Shown one piece after another: positions 51,201 through 61,941 of a stretch of DNA of 64,000 nt. A model generated the notes under the pieces. The model made no database searches, was not told the origin of the DNA, and was given only the letters and a program-made list of their open reading frames with translations. Source of the stretch: Synechococcus sp. (GTDB lineage: Bacteria > Cyanobacteriota > Cyanobacteriia > PCC-6307 > Cyanobiaceae); NCBI GenBank assembly GCA_047284725.1, contig JBJBEO010000001.1, forward strand, positions 320,001 to 384,000, in the 5' to 3' direction. Position 1 is the stretch's first letter, and each line of letters starts with the position of its first letter. Position numbers and translations under genes: made by a program.

Positions 51201-51808
51201 TGATTTCCCGTCAGGGTTTTTCTCTTGCTTGGGCACGCCGGTCTCAGTTTCAGTGGAGTCCGGCCTGAAGGCAATGAGCAAGACAACGGGTAGGCAGTAC
51301 GGCGATCTGGGTGGAGAGTGTGGTCATCGAGATCGGAGGCGCTGATGACAGCCGACACTCCACCGGAGCAAAGCTGAGAAGCAGACTGACTTTTTGGCCC
51401 CTGCTCCAACAGTTTCCACCCACCCGTGAGGCACGGTCTTTTGGCAGGCACTTAGCTGTACGCCACGTCAATCGACACCCCACATCACCGCGCAAAAGGT
51501 GACCCGGGGATCCAACGCCACACACTTGGACGTCATGGCCCCAGGGATGCCATAGCCAAGTCGCTTCGACCTTCTTCTTTCAGTTCACTGTTCTTCGGTA
51601 AGCAACCACGCTTCACGGATACAGCATCACTGATTAGGTCGATTGCTATGCACAAGCGAGCGAGCTAGGCCGTCTCTCCACCTGGGAGGGGCGGCCTCCC
51701 TGTTTGGGCTTGGCAACCCTGGGATCTCGCGGCAAGCCCTGAATTGTTTTCTCAGACTCTCTGAAGGACCTAGGATTTCCGATCTCTCGATAAGGACCCA
51801 CAGCGGCC

Positions 51809-53207
51809 TTGACCAACAAACTCATCGTCGGCAGTGAGGAGTGGTGCTCACTGCCAGGGCTTGGATTGCCGGCGATTAAGGCACGCGTCGATTCCGGCGC
51901 GGCGACGTCGTCGTTGCATGCCTTCAACATCCGTCCCCTTCCAGAGGGATGGTGAGCTGTGGATCAGTTTTGAGGTGCATCCGCTTCAGAACAACCGCAG
52001 TGTGGTGGTGCGCCATGAGGCGCCGGTGCTGCAGCAACGCAGCGTGCGCAACACCAGCGGCATTTCTGAAAACCGCTACGTGATTCGGGAAGAGTTGGTG
52101 CTCGGCGAGCAGCGTTGGCCGATTGAACTCACCCTCACCAACCGGGATGCGATGGGCTACCGGATGCTCCTCGGTCGTGAGGCGATGGTGGGGCGTGTGC
52201 TTGTGGATCCTGAGGGGAGCCATCAACTGGGCGACGTTGAACCGTCACAGCTGGAAGCGATGTATGCGGCCTTGCGCACCGAACGCACGGGGCTCCGCAT
52301 TGCACTGTTGGCTTCTGATCCAGATCTCTACAGCAACCGCCGATTGCTGGAGGCGGGTGAGGAGCGTGGTCACCGCATGGAGTTTCTCAGCGTCAAGCAG
52401 TGCTACATGCGGCTAGATCCGCAAAACCCCGAGATGCATTACCGGGGCGGCAATGTGCTCGAGCGAATCGATGCGGTGATTCCTCGCATCCGTCCGAGCG
52501 TCACTTTCTACGGATGCGCGATCACGCGTCAGTTTGAGTCGATGGGCATTCGTGTTCTTAATGCCGCTGAACCGATCAAACGATCCCGCGACAAACTTCT
52601 GGCATCACAGCTGTTTGTTCGTCATGGGCTGAACATGCCGGTCACCGGTTTTGCCAGTTCTCCGCTCGACACCAAAGATCTGATCAAGATGGTGGGCGGT
52701 GCACCGTTGATCCTCAAGCTTCTGGAGGGAGCCCAGGGGCGCGGCGTCGTTTTGGCAGAAACCCAGAAGGCTGCAGAAAGTGTGATCAATGCCATGAAGA
52801 GCCTGAACGCCAACCTTCTGGTTCAGGAATTCATCAAAGAAGCTGGCGGGAAGGACCTGCGTTGTTTCGTGATTGGCAACAAGGTGGTGTCGGCAATTGA
52901 GCGGACAGCTGCTGTGGGCGATTTTCGCTCCAACATTCACCAGGGTGGTTCCGCTCAGGCGGTGCGCATCCGACCTGAGGAGCGCAAGCTGGCTGTTGCA
53001 GCGACACGGGCTCTCGGCCTTGATGTGGCCGGTGTGGACATCATCCGCTCGGAGCGTGGGCCCTTGCTTCTGGAGGTTAATTCCAGCCCTGGGCTCGAGG
53101 GAATTGAAACGGCGACGGGTAAGGATCTTGCCGGTCAAATGATTCAGGAAGTGGAGCGAAAACTGAGTTGGGTTCGCTCCTGTTATGTGCCTACTTTGGT
53201 CGCTTAG
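51809..53207 (+). CDS. rimK: Putative protease (RimB-like)-RimK ATP-grasp ligase fusion with a +1 frameshift at 51935-51938
   Basis: TTG 51809 frame [43 protein letters not shown] joins FQRDGELW...MLLGREAM...[11 protein letters not shown]...SRDKL...FRSNIHQGG...[13 protein letters not shown] if one C is removed. Confidence 0.85.
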
Positions 53208-53567
53208 TGATATGGCTGTTGAGCGGAAGTTATGGCTCTCCGCTCAATCAAGGTTTTAGTTTCTCCATGTATGTGCTTTGATGCTGGCTCTGCTGGTGTT
53301 TGTTATTTGGCTTGATTCTATATCATTGCGTCTATCGCGAAGGTGTTGATTAAATGTATCTACCTCTTAAGAACTGGTGCCGCAGCTTGTTTGCTATCGC
53401 ATCGCCTCTAGCGCAGAGCTGAGCAGCTAGCCATGGTTATACAGTCCTTGTTGCCGACTGAGTATCTTTGCAGCCTTTGGATTTGAGGGACGAAGGTCTC
53501 ATGAATAGCCTGACTTAATGCGTGAGCCAGTACTTTGAATTGATGACTTGGCTTCAGCAATGGTGGA

Positions 53568-54818
53568 TTAGTAAACAAAAGGTGGAAGGTAGTCATTCCC
53601 ATGGAGTTGATTCTCGCGTCGAAGTGATGCGCCAGCTGCTTGGATCTCTTCAACCGAACTGACTCCTGTGAGCTGCATCGCTCGTACCAAATCAGCCTTG
53701 AGGATTTCAAACACCCGCCTGAGTCCGCTATCACCTCCAGCACCAATACCAGCTACCATCGCACGGCCAATCCCAACTGCACGAATGCCATAGGTGAGGG
53801 CAATAAAAATATCGGTGCCATTGCGAATACCTCCATCCATCAAGAATTCAAGCTTCGAATCCTTCAGCTTCGGCATCTCGTTTTGGAGCATATGTAGTGT
53901 TGGTTGAACCCGGTCCATCTGTCGACCACCATGGTTTGACCAGACCACCCCATTGGCGCCGCAATCTTCGGCACGCTGAGCATCCTCAGCGCAATGCACA
54001 CCTTTGATGATCAGGGGGGCGTCGTTGCCCCAGGCCTGCTTGATCCACTCCAGATCGCTCCAGGTGATTGCTGATTCAGCCAACTGAGTGCCGATATCGG
54101 TAAAGGGCATCGGCTTACCTTCAGCATCAATGATGTTGACAAACTCCATCACGCCGTGATCGGAGAAAAAGTCGATCAACCAGTTGAACCTTGGCAGCAT
54201 TTGTGGAGCAAGCGAGATCATTCGCCGCAGTGATCTCAGTTTTTGCTGCAGAGTCAATCCCTCCCAGGATCGCATTGCCTCCAACGGCTTCATCCGGGCA
54301 TGCACCAGCCTCTGCCCAGAGACGCTGGTGTCAATGGTCAGGACCAGTGCTGTGAAGCCGGCTTTCTTCGCGCGTTCGATGCCGCGAAGTGCTGTCTCCT
54401 TGCCTCCGCAGAGATAGAGCTGGAACCAGCAGGAATTGCTGGAAGCCTGCGCTACCTCCTCCATGAGTGTGCCTGAAAGGGTTGAAAGGCCCATAACGGT
54501 GCCGAACTCCCCCGCCACTTTTGCCGCAACTGCTTCCGCTTTCGGATAGAGCGTGCGCAGGCTGCCTACAGGAGTGATGTACCAAGGGAGCTGAATCCTA
54601 TGATCCAGGACCGTGGTGGAGGTGTCGACTGTCTCAAAGCGCGTAGCTCCCTCAGCATTGACGAAGCTCTGCTGAAAGGCTCGGACATTGGCATGCAGTG
54701 TGATTTCTGCATCAGCACCACCTCGGAAGTATTCGGAGACAACAGGCGGCACTCGCCGTTGCATACGGCACCAGATGTCTTCTACTGTCAGGCAATCTTT
54801 GAAATCATCTGTAGGCAT
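53568..54818 (-). CDS. FMN-dependent alpha-hydroxy acid dehydrogenase/oxidase
   Basis: YFRGGADAEIT, WFQLY, LTID, IIKG, SNHGGRQMD, DGGIRNGTD, IGR. Confidence 0.92.
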   Translation of the reverse strand: MPTDDFKDCLTVEDIWCRMQRRVPPVVSEYFRGGADAEITLHANVRAFQQSFVNAEGATRFETVDTSTTVLDHRIQLPWYITPVGSLRTLYPKAEAVAAKVAGEFGTVMGLSTLSGTLMEEVAQASSNSCWFQLYLCGGKETALRGIERAKKAGFTALVLTIDTSVSGQRLVHARMKPLEAMRSWEGLTLQQKLRSLRRMISLAPQMLPRFNWLIDFFSDHGVMEFVNIIDAEGKPMPFTDIGTQLAESAITWSDLEWIKQAWGNDAPLIIKGVHCAEDAQRAEDCGANGVVWSNHGGRQMDRVQPTLHMLQNEMPKLKDSKLEFLMDGGIRNGTDIFIALTYGIRAVGIGRAMVAGIGAGGDSGLRRVFEILKADLVRAMQLTGVSSVEEIQAAGASLRRENQLHGNDYLPPFVY

Positions 54819-55014
54819 GGTGTAAGTGCATACAATTTGCCTATTTGATAGCTAATCAACTGGCTTTCGGCTGTGATTCCCGCGCTCCACCCAACTGCCT
54901 TTAAGAAAGAATTCACGCAGTTCAGGCCAAGGAGAGCCACACGCGCATGTAATGTGTGAAATAATCGTGAAAAATGATCAAAGTTTTCAGCTGTTGATTA
55001 CAGAAGAAATGTGA

Positions 55015-55260
55015 TTACTGGCGGAAGAAGGCCTCAGCTAGCCCTCTTGTCATCGTCTGCCAGGCCTCCATGGCGTTGTGCCTGAGCATGTGCCTCATGA
55101 CGGGCTGCCGACTACCACTCAACTGCTTTGTCTTGGCTTCAACCCACTTGGAATGGGTTGAGGCCAAGGCATTCTGGAATGAAGACCAGCAGCAGGTGCT
55201 GCTGGTCTTCATTATCCGCCCTTCCTTCTGCTCCTGTGGGTGTTGCTCTTGAGTTCCATC
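55015..55260 (-). pseudogene. DUF1651-like remnant
   Basis: PVMRHMLRHNAMEAWQTM motif; upstream frame looks disrupted. Confidence 0.45.
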
Positions 55261-55621
55261 AGCAGGTCGTCGAATAGATCTGCTGATTGATAAAATCAAG
55301 CTAAGATAATATGCAGGACCTAGCAAATATTTGGCGCATATTGTGTTGCTGTGCTGCACGAACAGTCATAAGTTATTCAGCCGTTGATTGATTGCCTAGT
55401 TGGGTTGTGATCTTGTCATCAGAGTAAGTACCTTGCTTGTCTCCTCGCGCAAGCTTGGTATTGCCGCGATTGACCTATCACCGCAAGAAGTTACCTGAAT
55501 CAAGTCTTGATTTGGTTAAGTCTTTTTCATCCCTTGGGGACACCTAAAACCGCAAAAAACGGTCGGTAGGCAGGGGCGTCTCTAAACGTTTCTAGGATGT
55601 CATCGTGGTTGAAGTGTTGCC

Positions 55622-57151
55622 ATGGCTGTCTCGGGGGAAGTGCTGGCTGAAGCGTTTGATCTGAGCTCTTTGCTCGAGACCGGGTTGGGTGCGGACCCCG
55701 ACGCGGCTGCGTTATGGGACCTGCACAAGTCCATCAGCTGGATCGAGCTGGATCGAGCCAGTGAGGCTCTGGCGCTGTACTACCGGCAAATCGGTCTTCG
55801 ACCGGGTGATCGCATTGCCTCGCTGATGCCAAACTGTTTTGAGTTGTTGATTCACTACCTGGCGGGGTTGCGCTGCGGGCTTGTTCTTACCCCTTTGAAC
55901 TACCGCTATGCCGTTCACGACATCAATTACGCCTTGGAGTTGAGTGGTGCGAAGGCCTTTCTGCATCACTGCGAACGTTCCGCAGACATCGACGCCAGCC
56001 AGGCTTCAAGCCTTTGCGAGTTCGGTTTGATTACCGCAACAGATGGAGGTTTTACCCATCAGCTGGATTCGGTCGCTGGTTCGTTGCCTTGGAGCAAACA
56101 GGCTCCCGATCAACCGTGCTTTTTGTTCTTTACCTCCGGCAGCACTGGGCGTCCTAAAGGTGTCACCCACACCTGGAGCAGCCTGGGGTGGCTCTTGGCG
56201 TCACTGCAGCAATCGTGTGGCTTTGCCCGTGGCGAAGGCTTCCTAGCCGGTAGCTCCTTGTCCCATATCGCCGCCTTGATTCTTGCCATGGGGGCTCTTG
56301 GTCGAGGAACCACAGTGTTGGTGCCGAACACGTTGACGGGTAACAGCCTGGATGTGTTGCTGCGCAACCACCATCCCCAAGTGGTTTGGAGTGTGCCGAC
56401 AATTCTGTTCAGTCTTGTCCGCGACCATGGTCTGCAGCGTGAGGACTTTGCTGCTGTGCGTCTCTGTATTTGTGGAGGTGACAAGGTCTCCCATGAGTTG
56501 CAGCTTGAATTTCAGAATGCATCTGGTTTGCAGATCGATGAGATGTGGGGAATGAGCGAGGTTGGTTGCGCGACCTTGTCGCCGAGAGATAACGAAAATC
56601 GGATCGGATCTGTAGGAAAACTTGCCCCTGGCTATGAAGCCTCAATCCGAGATTCCAATGGGAAAGAGCTGGCGAACGGAGAAGAGGGTTTGCTTTGGAT
56701 TAAGTCTAAGTCAATCACAGTGGGCTATTGGGATAATCCAACTGCTACAGATGAGACGATTCAAGACGGATGGCTGAATACCGGTGACGTCATGCGCATC
56801 GATGATGATGAATATCTATGGTTTTGCGGTCGGCTTAAGCAGATCATTGTTCATGACGGATCGAATATCTGTCCCCAAGAGGTAGAAGAGACCTTGATGG
56901 ATCATCCAGCCGTTGATCAGGCTTGTGTGGTTGGTGTCGACAATCTTTTGCATGGACAAAATGTCCAGGCATTTGTTGTTTTCAAGGAAGGGGTTCCACC
57001 CGTGGCGCCAGCAGACTTGATTGCCTTTGTGAGAGAACGGGTTGGCTATAAGGCGCCAGAAGTGGTGAAGTCGCTCCCCTTCATGCCGCTCAACTCTGTT
57101 GGGAAGGTCGATCGTGTGGCAATGATCGCCATGGCCAATGCTCAGAGGTGA
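55622..57151 (+). CDS. AMP-binding acyl-CoA synthetase family protein
   Basis: FTSGSTGRPKG, WGMSE, GWLNTGD, GRLKQII, NICPQEVE, NSVGKVDR. Confidence 0.92.
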   Translation: MAVSGEVLAEAFDLSSLLETGLGADPDAAALWDLHKSISWIELDRASEALALYYRQIGLRPGDRIASLMPNCFELLIHYLAGLRCGLVLTPLNYRYAVHDINYALELSGAKAFLHHCERSADIDASQASSLCEFGLITATDGGFTHQLDSVAGSLPWSKQAPDQPCFLFFTSGSTGRPKGVTHTWSSLGWLLASLQQSCGFARGEGFLAGSSLSHIAALILAMGALGRGTTVLVPNTLTGNSLDVLLRNHHPQVVWSVPTILFSLVRDHGLQREDFAAVRLCICGGDKVSHELQLEFQNASGLQIDEMWGMSEVGCATLSPRDNENRIGSVGKLAPGYEASIRDSNGKELANGEEGLLWIKSKSITVGYWDNPTATDETIQDGWLNTGDVMRIDDDEYLWFCGRLKQIIVHDGSNICPQEVEETLMDHPAVDQACVVGVDNLLHGQNVQAFVVFKEGVPPVAPADLIAFVRERVGYKAPEVVKSLPFMPLNSVGKVDRVAMIAMANAQR

Positions 57152-57497
57152 CTGGGCGCGATCGATCGCGATAGCATATCCGTTAGAATCACATAACTCT
57201 GACGCATCCTGTGTGATTTCGATGGAATCGCGTTCAACGCGATCATCTTGATGTAGTGAATGCATTGAGCAGAAATCTGATCCCAACTAATGGACCCAAA
57301 AATATGAAAAAAGGTCTGTAGATGAGAGCGAATATACTCAAAGTCAAGAGAACCCAGTTCAATGGACTAAAGATCGCCCGCCTAGGCTCGGCTCTACGAG
57401 CTAAGTGACTGAAGAAATCCACAAAGACTTGAAAGAAGACAATCGCATTAAAAAACGGGAGGAATGTATGGAATGCCGCTGTACAGCTTGTGGACCA

Positions 57498-57927
57498 CTA
57501 GGGCATACATCCATCAGAAGTGGTCAGAACAATCTTGATGAGCAAGCCACCTGCGACGATGAATAGCGTCGCAATCACGAGACGTAGGGAACAAATCAAT
57601 TGCCCTACCTGGCCCATGCGGCCCCATAAAGCATGGAACGTGCGGATGTTGCAAATCCAAGCGGCGACACCACCGATCAGGAACAACAAGGCGACTGCTC
57701 CCACGAAAAGTGAATAGTTGCTAAAAATTGAAAAACTATTGCAAGACCGCGAAGTTCAGAGCCACCCCCAGCGGTACTGGATCACCCTTGGTGAGGTCTT
57801 TGCTGGTAAAGCCTGCAGGGTCCGCATTCCCCGTCACAGGATCCGTTCCAGCGAAGTTCTCTGTGGTGAAGTTGTAAGCACCGATGTGGTCGTTCAAACC
57901 GTTATCTGTATTACGAGGCTCAGACAT
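57498..57927 (-). pseudogene. Probable frameshifted small membrane protein
   Basis: Two overlapping minus-strand frames (MSEPRNTDNG... and ...SLFVGAVALLFLIGG...) that could join near 57750. Confidence 0.3.
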
Positions 57928-58080
57928 GACTCTCAAAGCAGTAAACGCACAATGCCAGCGAGGGAGGGCGCTGCAGAGCAACTCTCACCCGATCCTCATG
58001 AGGACCTAAGCCAAAATCTAGCCCCTACTTGTCTCCTGAAGCTAATTTCCTTCTTTTATTTTTCAGAAGTTTCTCTGTAA

Positions 58081-59092
58081 ATGGCCAATCTTCTTGAAGC
58101 ATTCGAAGAGCTTTCTCCTAAAAGCCGTGCATCACTGAAAGCGCGCTCCTGGGAGCTGGATAGCGGATAACTACTGAACACTGCTGAGGGAGTTGTTGGC
58201 CCTGCGTCGCTAAACAAAAAAGTCACCATCGTCGTCAACGGCGAAGGTGATGACGGGGTTTTTGATCCTGAGTTTGCGGGTATGAGGCTTAGCTCTAGTG
58301 GGCTGGCTGACGAGCTGACTACTGTACTGATTGCTGGGGACAAAAGCGATACTTTTGTTGGCGTCGGAACTGACTTCGGCGTGCAAGTTTACAAAGGCTC
58401 GGCATTAATTACTGGCGGAGGAAATGATACTATCAACGGCGAAGGAATCAGCGAAACAACCAATGGTGTTGGCGCTAGTGTTACTGTGAACTCAAGCATT
58501 CAAACTGATACTGTAAACGACTCTATTAACGGTGTTGTTGGGCGTAAAGGAGTTTCTGTGGGCGGAGAGGAGACCCAAGAAGAAGGTTCCTGGATTGATA
58601 CAGGCAAAGGAAATGATTCAATTACGGGCAGTAGCGAGACTGGCGTGGGTATTCACGTTGGTGTTAATGGTGAGATCAAAACCGGAGCAGGCAATGACAC
58701 GGTTGATGCCCTGATCGGTGGCTTCGCTGGAAGCTTCAGTGGTGGCGGAAAAATCAGCTTGGGTGCAGACAACGACACCTTAATTGGAGGTGGTTTTGGC
58801 TCCGGGATTACTTTCGACGGTGACGGGTTTTTAGGAGAAGGACAAGTTGCAGGCACTGAAGACAAAATTGTGCTCGATGATGGATTCTATGTGTATACTC
58901 TGATCGGCGAATCTGCAACCCTCGACGATGGTTCAAGAATTATGGAAATCAAAAAATTTTGAACTGATTAGCGGCATTAATGGCACCATCGATCAGTTTG
59001 GTAATGAGTATCAAGCCGGCGAGGCTGACCTCGTCAAGAAGGGTGAGTACGAAATCGTCAACGGCTTCCTAAAGGTAGAGGTGATTGTTTAA
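58081..59092 (+). pseudogene. RTX-like Ca-binding Gly/Asp repeat protein, disrupted
   Basis: ATG 58081 in frame with track ORF 58282 across TAA 58168-58170; TGGGNDTI, TGKGNDSI, TGAGNDTV, LGADNDTL repeats; +1 shift at A6 58951-58956 hides the tail NFELISGING...VEVIV*. Confidence 0.75.
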
Positions 59093-59115
59093 GGCGCTGC
59101 CATATCAAGACCCAC

Positions 59116-59144
59116 AAAGCCCTGCCATTCGGCGGGGCTTTTTT
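59116..59144 (+). terminator. Intrinsic terminator
   Basis: aaagccctgcc-attc-ggcggggcttt plus T tract. Confidence 0.85.
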
Positions 59145-59225
59145 AGTGACTGATTGAAGCCATGATCATTGTGCTGCAGAGCTTCCTCTCCCTTCTTATT
59201 CGATTACTCTTTGCCGTCGATACCA

Positions 59226-59515
59226 ATGCTCAGAAAGTTACTGCGTGAACAATGGATTCTTGGATTAGCACTCGCTATTGCTGCGCTTTATTTCGCCCTG
59301 ATCGTGATGCGTCCGTCGGGTGAAGCCCCTTCAGAAAGTTAAACCTGCTCGCACTCTGGGCCTATGGGAGCCCTACGGCATTTGTTCTGGGATTATTCAG
59401 TCTCTGGCGCGCAAACAAGACAACCGAGGGGTTGAAACACCTGGCGGTCGTGATCGGAAGCCTCGGGGTTAGCTTCCCAGTCGTTGCCATGCTGCTGATC
59501 AGAACCAAGTCGTAA
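59226..59515 (+). pseudogene. Three-TM small membrane protein with frameshift at C4 59326-59329
   Basis: MLRKLLREQWILGLALAIAALYFALIVMRPSGEA / FRKLNLLALWAYGSPTAFVLGLFSLW...AMLLIRTKS*. Confidence 0.5.
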
Positions 59516-60017
59516 GCGTCAGGCAAGAATTTGCTTGGCGCGTGACAGCGTCTCGGCAGAGCTTTGGCTTCTGTTAGCGCAACTTTGTATCGACGGCACC
59601 GGATGCACCGGTGGAGATTGCTGCGGGTGACCTGCTGTTGCTGCTGCGATCAGCGCTCAAGGGGATCGGTTGATCGCTGCGCAGGAGAGCACCAGCCCCT
59701 GGTTCAAGAGGCAAGTGCTCTATGGGGCCCCGTGCAGTGAAGCCCCACCAGCGGATTCAACTCCCGACCCATGAGGAATCGACACCCCTAGGTGGGGACA
59801 TTGATCGTGCTGAGGTTTGCATTCCCTTGGCCCTAGATTCTCCAGAGGCGCAAAAAGGCCCCTGTCTTGCGGGGGCGTTGCAGATTAAGTTCGGGCAAGG
59901 GCAGTTAACTGAGCATCCCAGCCGCATAAGCGACAACATCAGAAATCAGCAGAGCAAAAAGCACAGAAATAATCAGACAGCAAATAGCTTATATATCTAT
60001 TAGTTGTTCTAACGGAG

Positions 60018-60257
60018 TCATAGGCGAGTTGAGCTTACTTCTTGCACCCAGTCACAAGAAATTCCGGCCTTTTGATGGTGCTGGTGAACTGCTTTAGCGC
60101 TGGGAGCATTCAGGATGCAGTAAATACGATCATCTTCTTCGCTGTACAGGATATCGTGATGAGTAACCCCAAACTCGTCTGCAGGTGCATTCTGAAGAGA
60201 GTTGAGTTGATCTGCGGTAAAAGGCTTCATCGGATGAACATCAAGAAACATTGGCAT
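60018..60257 (-). CDS. DUF4242 (SCO4226-like His-rich metal-binding) protein
   Basis: MFLDVH, RIYCILNAPSAKAVHQHHQKAGISCDWVQEV. Confidence 0.8.
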   Translation of the reverse strand: MPMFLDVHPMKPFTADQLNSLQNAPADEFGVTHHDILYSEEDDRIYCILNAPSAKAVHQHHQKAGISCDWVQEVSSTRL

Positions 60258-60686
60258 CTCTCTATTTAGCAGCTAACTTTATTGTTGCCGGTGCCTTTGG
60301 CCCATGCATCAGCACAAGTCACTAGGCTTCACTATTCTCATTTAATTTTCAGTAACACTACTGTCGTTCGTTCAGCAGCTGCCCTTCCCCCTGCTTCAAA
60401 GGGTGTTGATCAGGCAGCTCGGTTGTCTATTGCATCATCACGAGATGCAAACCGGTAGATCTACCAGTTGCAATGCACTTAGTGGACATTTAGAATGAAT
60501 ACAGACGCCTACAGAACCGCGTCCTGAAGACGAGGTTTGGCGCCAGGGCGGGTAACTCCCGCCCTTCTTCATGGCAGAGCAACTCACCGGAGTGATTCGC
60601 ACGCTTCTCCGTCTCCATCCTCATCAGGCTTCGTTGGTTGCCCACCAACACTGCCATGTTTGCTGGGGCGATGCAGGATGGACACG

Positions 60687-61166
60687 CTATGGATTGACTG
60701 TCAGTTTTGCCGCAAAAAATCCGTGTACATATTTTTTGTAAATGCCTTGCAAGATTTTATTGTATAAAGTGAAATGAAAGTCTGATTCAGCCACTAAAAT
60801 CTCCTTTAATAGCGATCCTACTTCAGGAATTGGATCCTTCTGGTGAACTTCAAGAGCGGCACAGATCTTCTGTGTGAGGGGTTGAATGCGATAGTCTTGA
60901 TCGTGCTCTGAAATGATGTCGTTAAGCTCGCAGAGCAAATAAATAATGGCACCCTCGTTGATCAGTGCTTCATTCAGGTCTAGGCCTTCGTTTCCTTTCT
61001 CTCGCACTTCGGTGGCCAGGAAATTAAAACCATCAAATTCATTTTGATTGAGGTATATGGTTTGATCATTGGTGATGCCTCCTTCATCGAGAAGGTGGTA
61101 GTAAAGCAACAGCACATTGGCCATTGCTTTGTTGCCAATTTCGTAATTTGTGTGATCTATGATCAT
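60687..61166 (-). CDS. Hypothetical acidic protein, probable integron cassette ORF 2
   Basis: 159 aa AT-rich ORF starting ~24 nt after the attC-like site at 61190-61288. Confidence 0.7.
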   Translation of the reverse strand: MIIDHTNYEIGNKAMANVLLLYYHLLDEGGITNDQTIYLNQNEFDGFNFLATEVREKGNEGLDLNEALINEGAIIYLLCELNDIISEHDQDYRIQPLTQKICAALEVHQKDPIPEVGSLLKEILVAESDFHFTLYNKILQGIYKKYVHGFFAAKLTVNP

Positions 61167-61189
61167 TGTGATTCATTTGTATTCATCAA

Positions 61190-61288
61190 ACTCAATGCAG
61201 CCATCAGGTGGGCCGGTCGGTTCAGTTGGCCCAGCGGACGAAGCCTGACAATGATAGTTTCCCAGCCTTACTGGCAGCTTTGTTAGGC
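61190..61288 (-). other. attC-like recombination site 2 (R' apparently mutated GTT>ATT)
   Basis: Minus strand GCCTAAC-aaagct-GCCAGTAAGG-c-TGGG...CCCA-CCTGATGGC-tgc-ATTGAGT: R'' box, paired arms with unpaired bases. Confidence 0.6.
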
Positions 61289-61311
61289 GGCATGGTTCTC
61301 AAGCAGATTAG

Positions 61312-61929
61312 TTAGTGAATCCTCTTCCATTCTTCAATGGGGGCGATCTTGCTGCTGCACTCCTGGAGCCTGGCCTCCGCAAGAGTAAATTCGTCATTTT
61401 TAAATATGTATTCATAGTAGTATCCGCAGTCTCCGGGGCCTCGAAACTTTTTCAGATTGATCAGTCGTCTTGTCTCGCGATTAAACGCCGGAAAGCTGCC
61501 AGAGATCGTTGCTACAGTCTGCTCTCGAAATTTTCCATTTTCCTCTTGTACAATCTCCGTCAGCTGAAGTCGTTTCGCGGTCAGACGTTTTTCATCACGT
61601 ACTTTCACAAAGAAGAGCTCACTTAGGGTCCAATAGGGGCCTAGCCAGCAGTGGACAAACACGATGTATTCTGAATCTCCTACTGGATGAAGTGTTAAGC
61701 CGCTCCAGTCTCGGCTTGGATAGTCAGCTTGTTTCTGGAAGCCTGTTTCGCACTCGGTGGACCAATGCAAAACATTTCGCCATGCTTCTCTGTCTCCAAA
61801 CTTAGGAGTGAGGTTGTCGAACCTGATACCTGACGGAGATGGTGCATCGTTCACGCTCGCCTTTGAAACAGGCACTGAGACGATTGCGCACAGGGTCATG
61901 ACGACTAATGAGAAATAGATTCTGTTCAT
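61312..61929 (-). CDS. DUF1176-like secreted protein, probable integron cassette ORF 1
   Basis: Signal peptide, VHCWLGPY, KFRGPGDCGYYYEY...FTLAEAR..EC; ATG 12 nt after GTTAGCC. Confidence 0.7.
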   Translation of the reverse strand: MNRIYFSLVVMTLCAIVSVPVSKASVNDAPSPSGIRFDNLTPKFGDREAWRNVLHWSTECETGFQKQADYPSRDWSGLTLHPVGDSEYIVFVHCWLGPYWTLSELFFVKVRDEKRLTAKRLQLTEIVQEENGKFREQTVATISGSFPAFNRETRRLINLKKFRGPGDCGYYYEYIFKNDEFTLAEARLQECSSKIAPIEEWKRIH

Positions 61930-61941
61930 CGGTGCTTTGCC

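Larger units (their letters stand above)
43810..51500. mobile_element. tmRNA-integrated integrative element (tycheposon/phage-satellite-like); right end approximate
   Basis: Integrase starts ~90 bp after ssrA, tandem arm-type repeats, terS-like gene at distal end, AT-rich cargo between. Confidence 0.65.

Noticed and set aside
51500..51550. Possible attR copy of the tmRNA 3' end (ttggacgtcatgg vs ttgactcatgg)
   Set aside because: Match too short and gapped; no convincing ssrA duplication found in the window
60350..60500. Possible third attC (cggtagatctaccagttgcaatg resembles an arm of attC1) or IS-end-like tagtggaca
   Set aside because: No matching R''/R' pair or partner arm, no transposase or second inverted repeat
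60510..60570. ctgaaga motif plus agggcggg-taact-cccgccct hairpin as ribozyme or sRNA
   Set aside because: No GAAA/hammerhead core geometry; only a terminator-like hairpin can be supported
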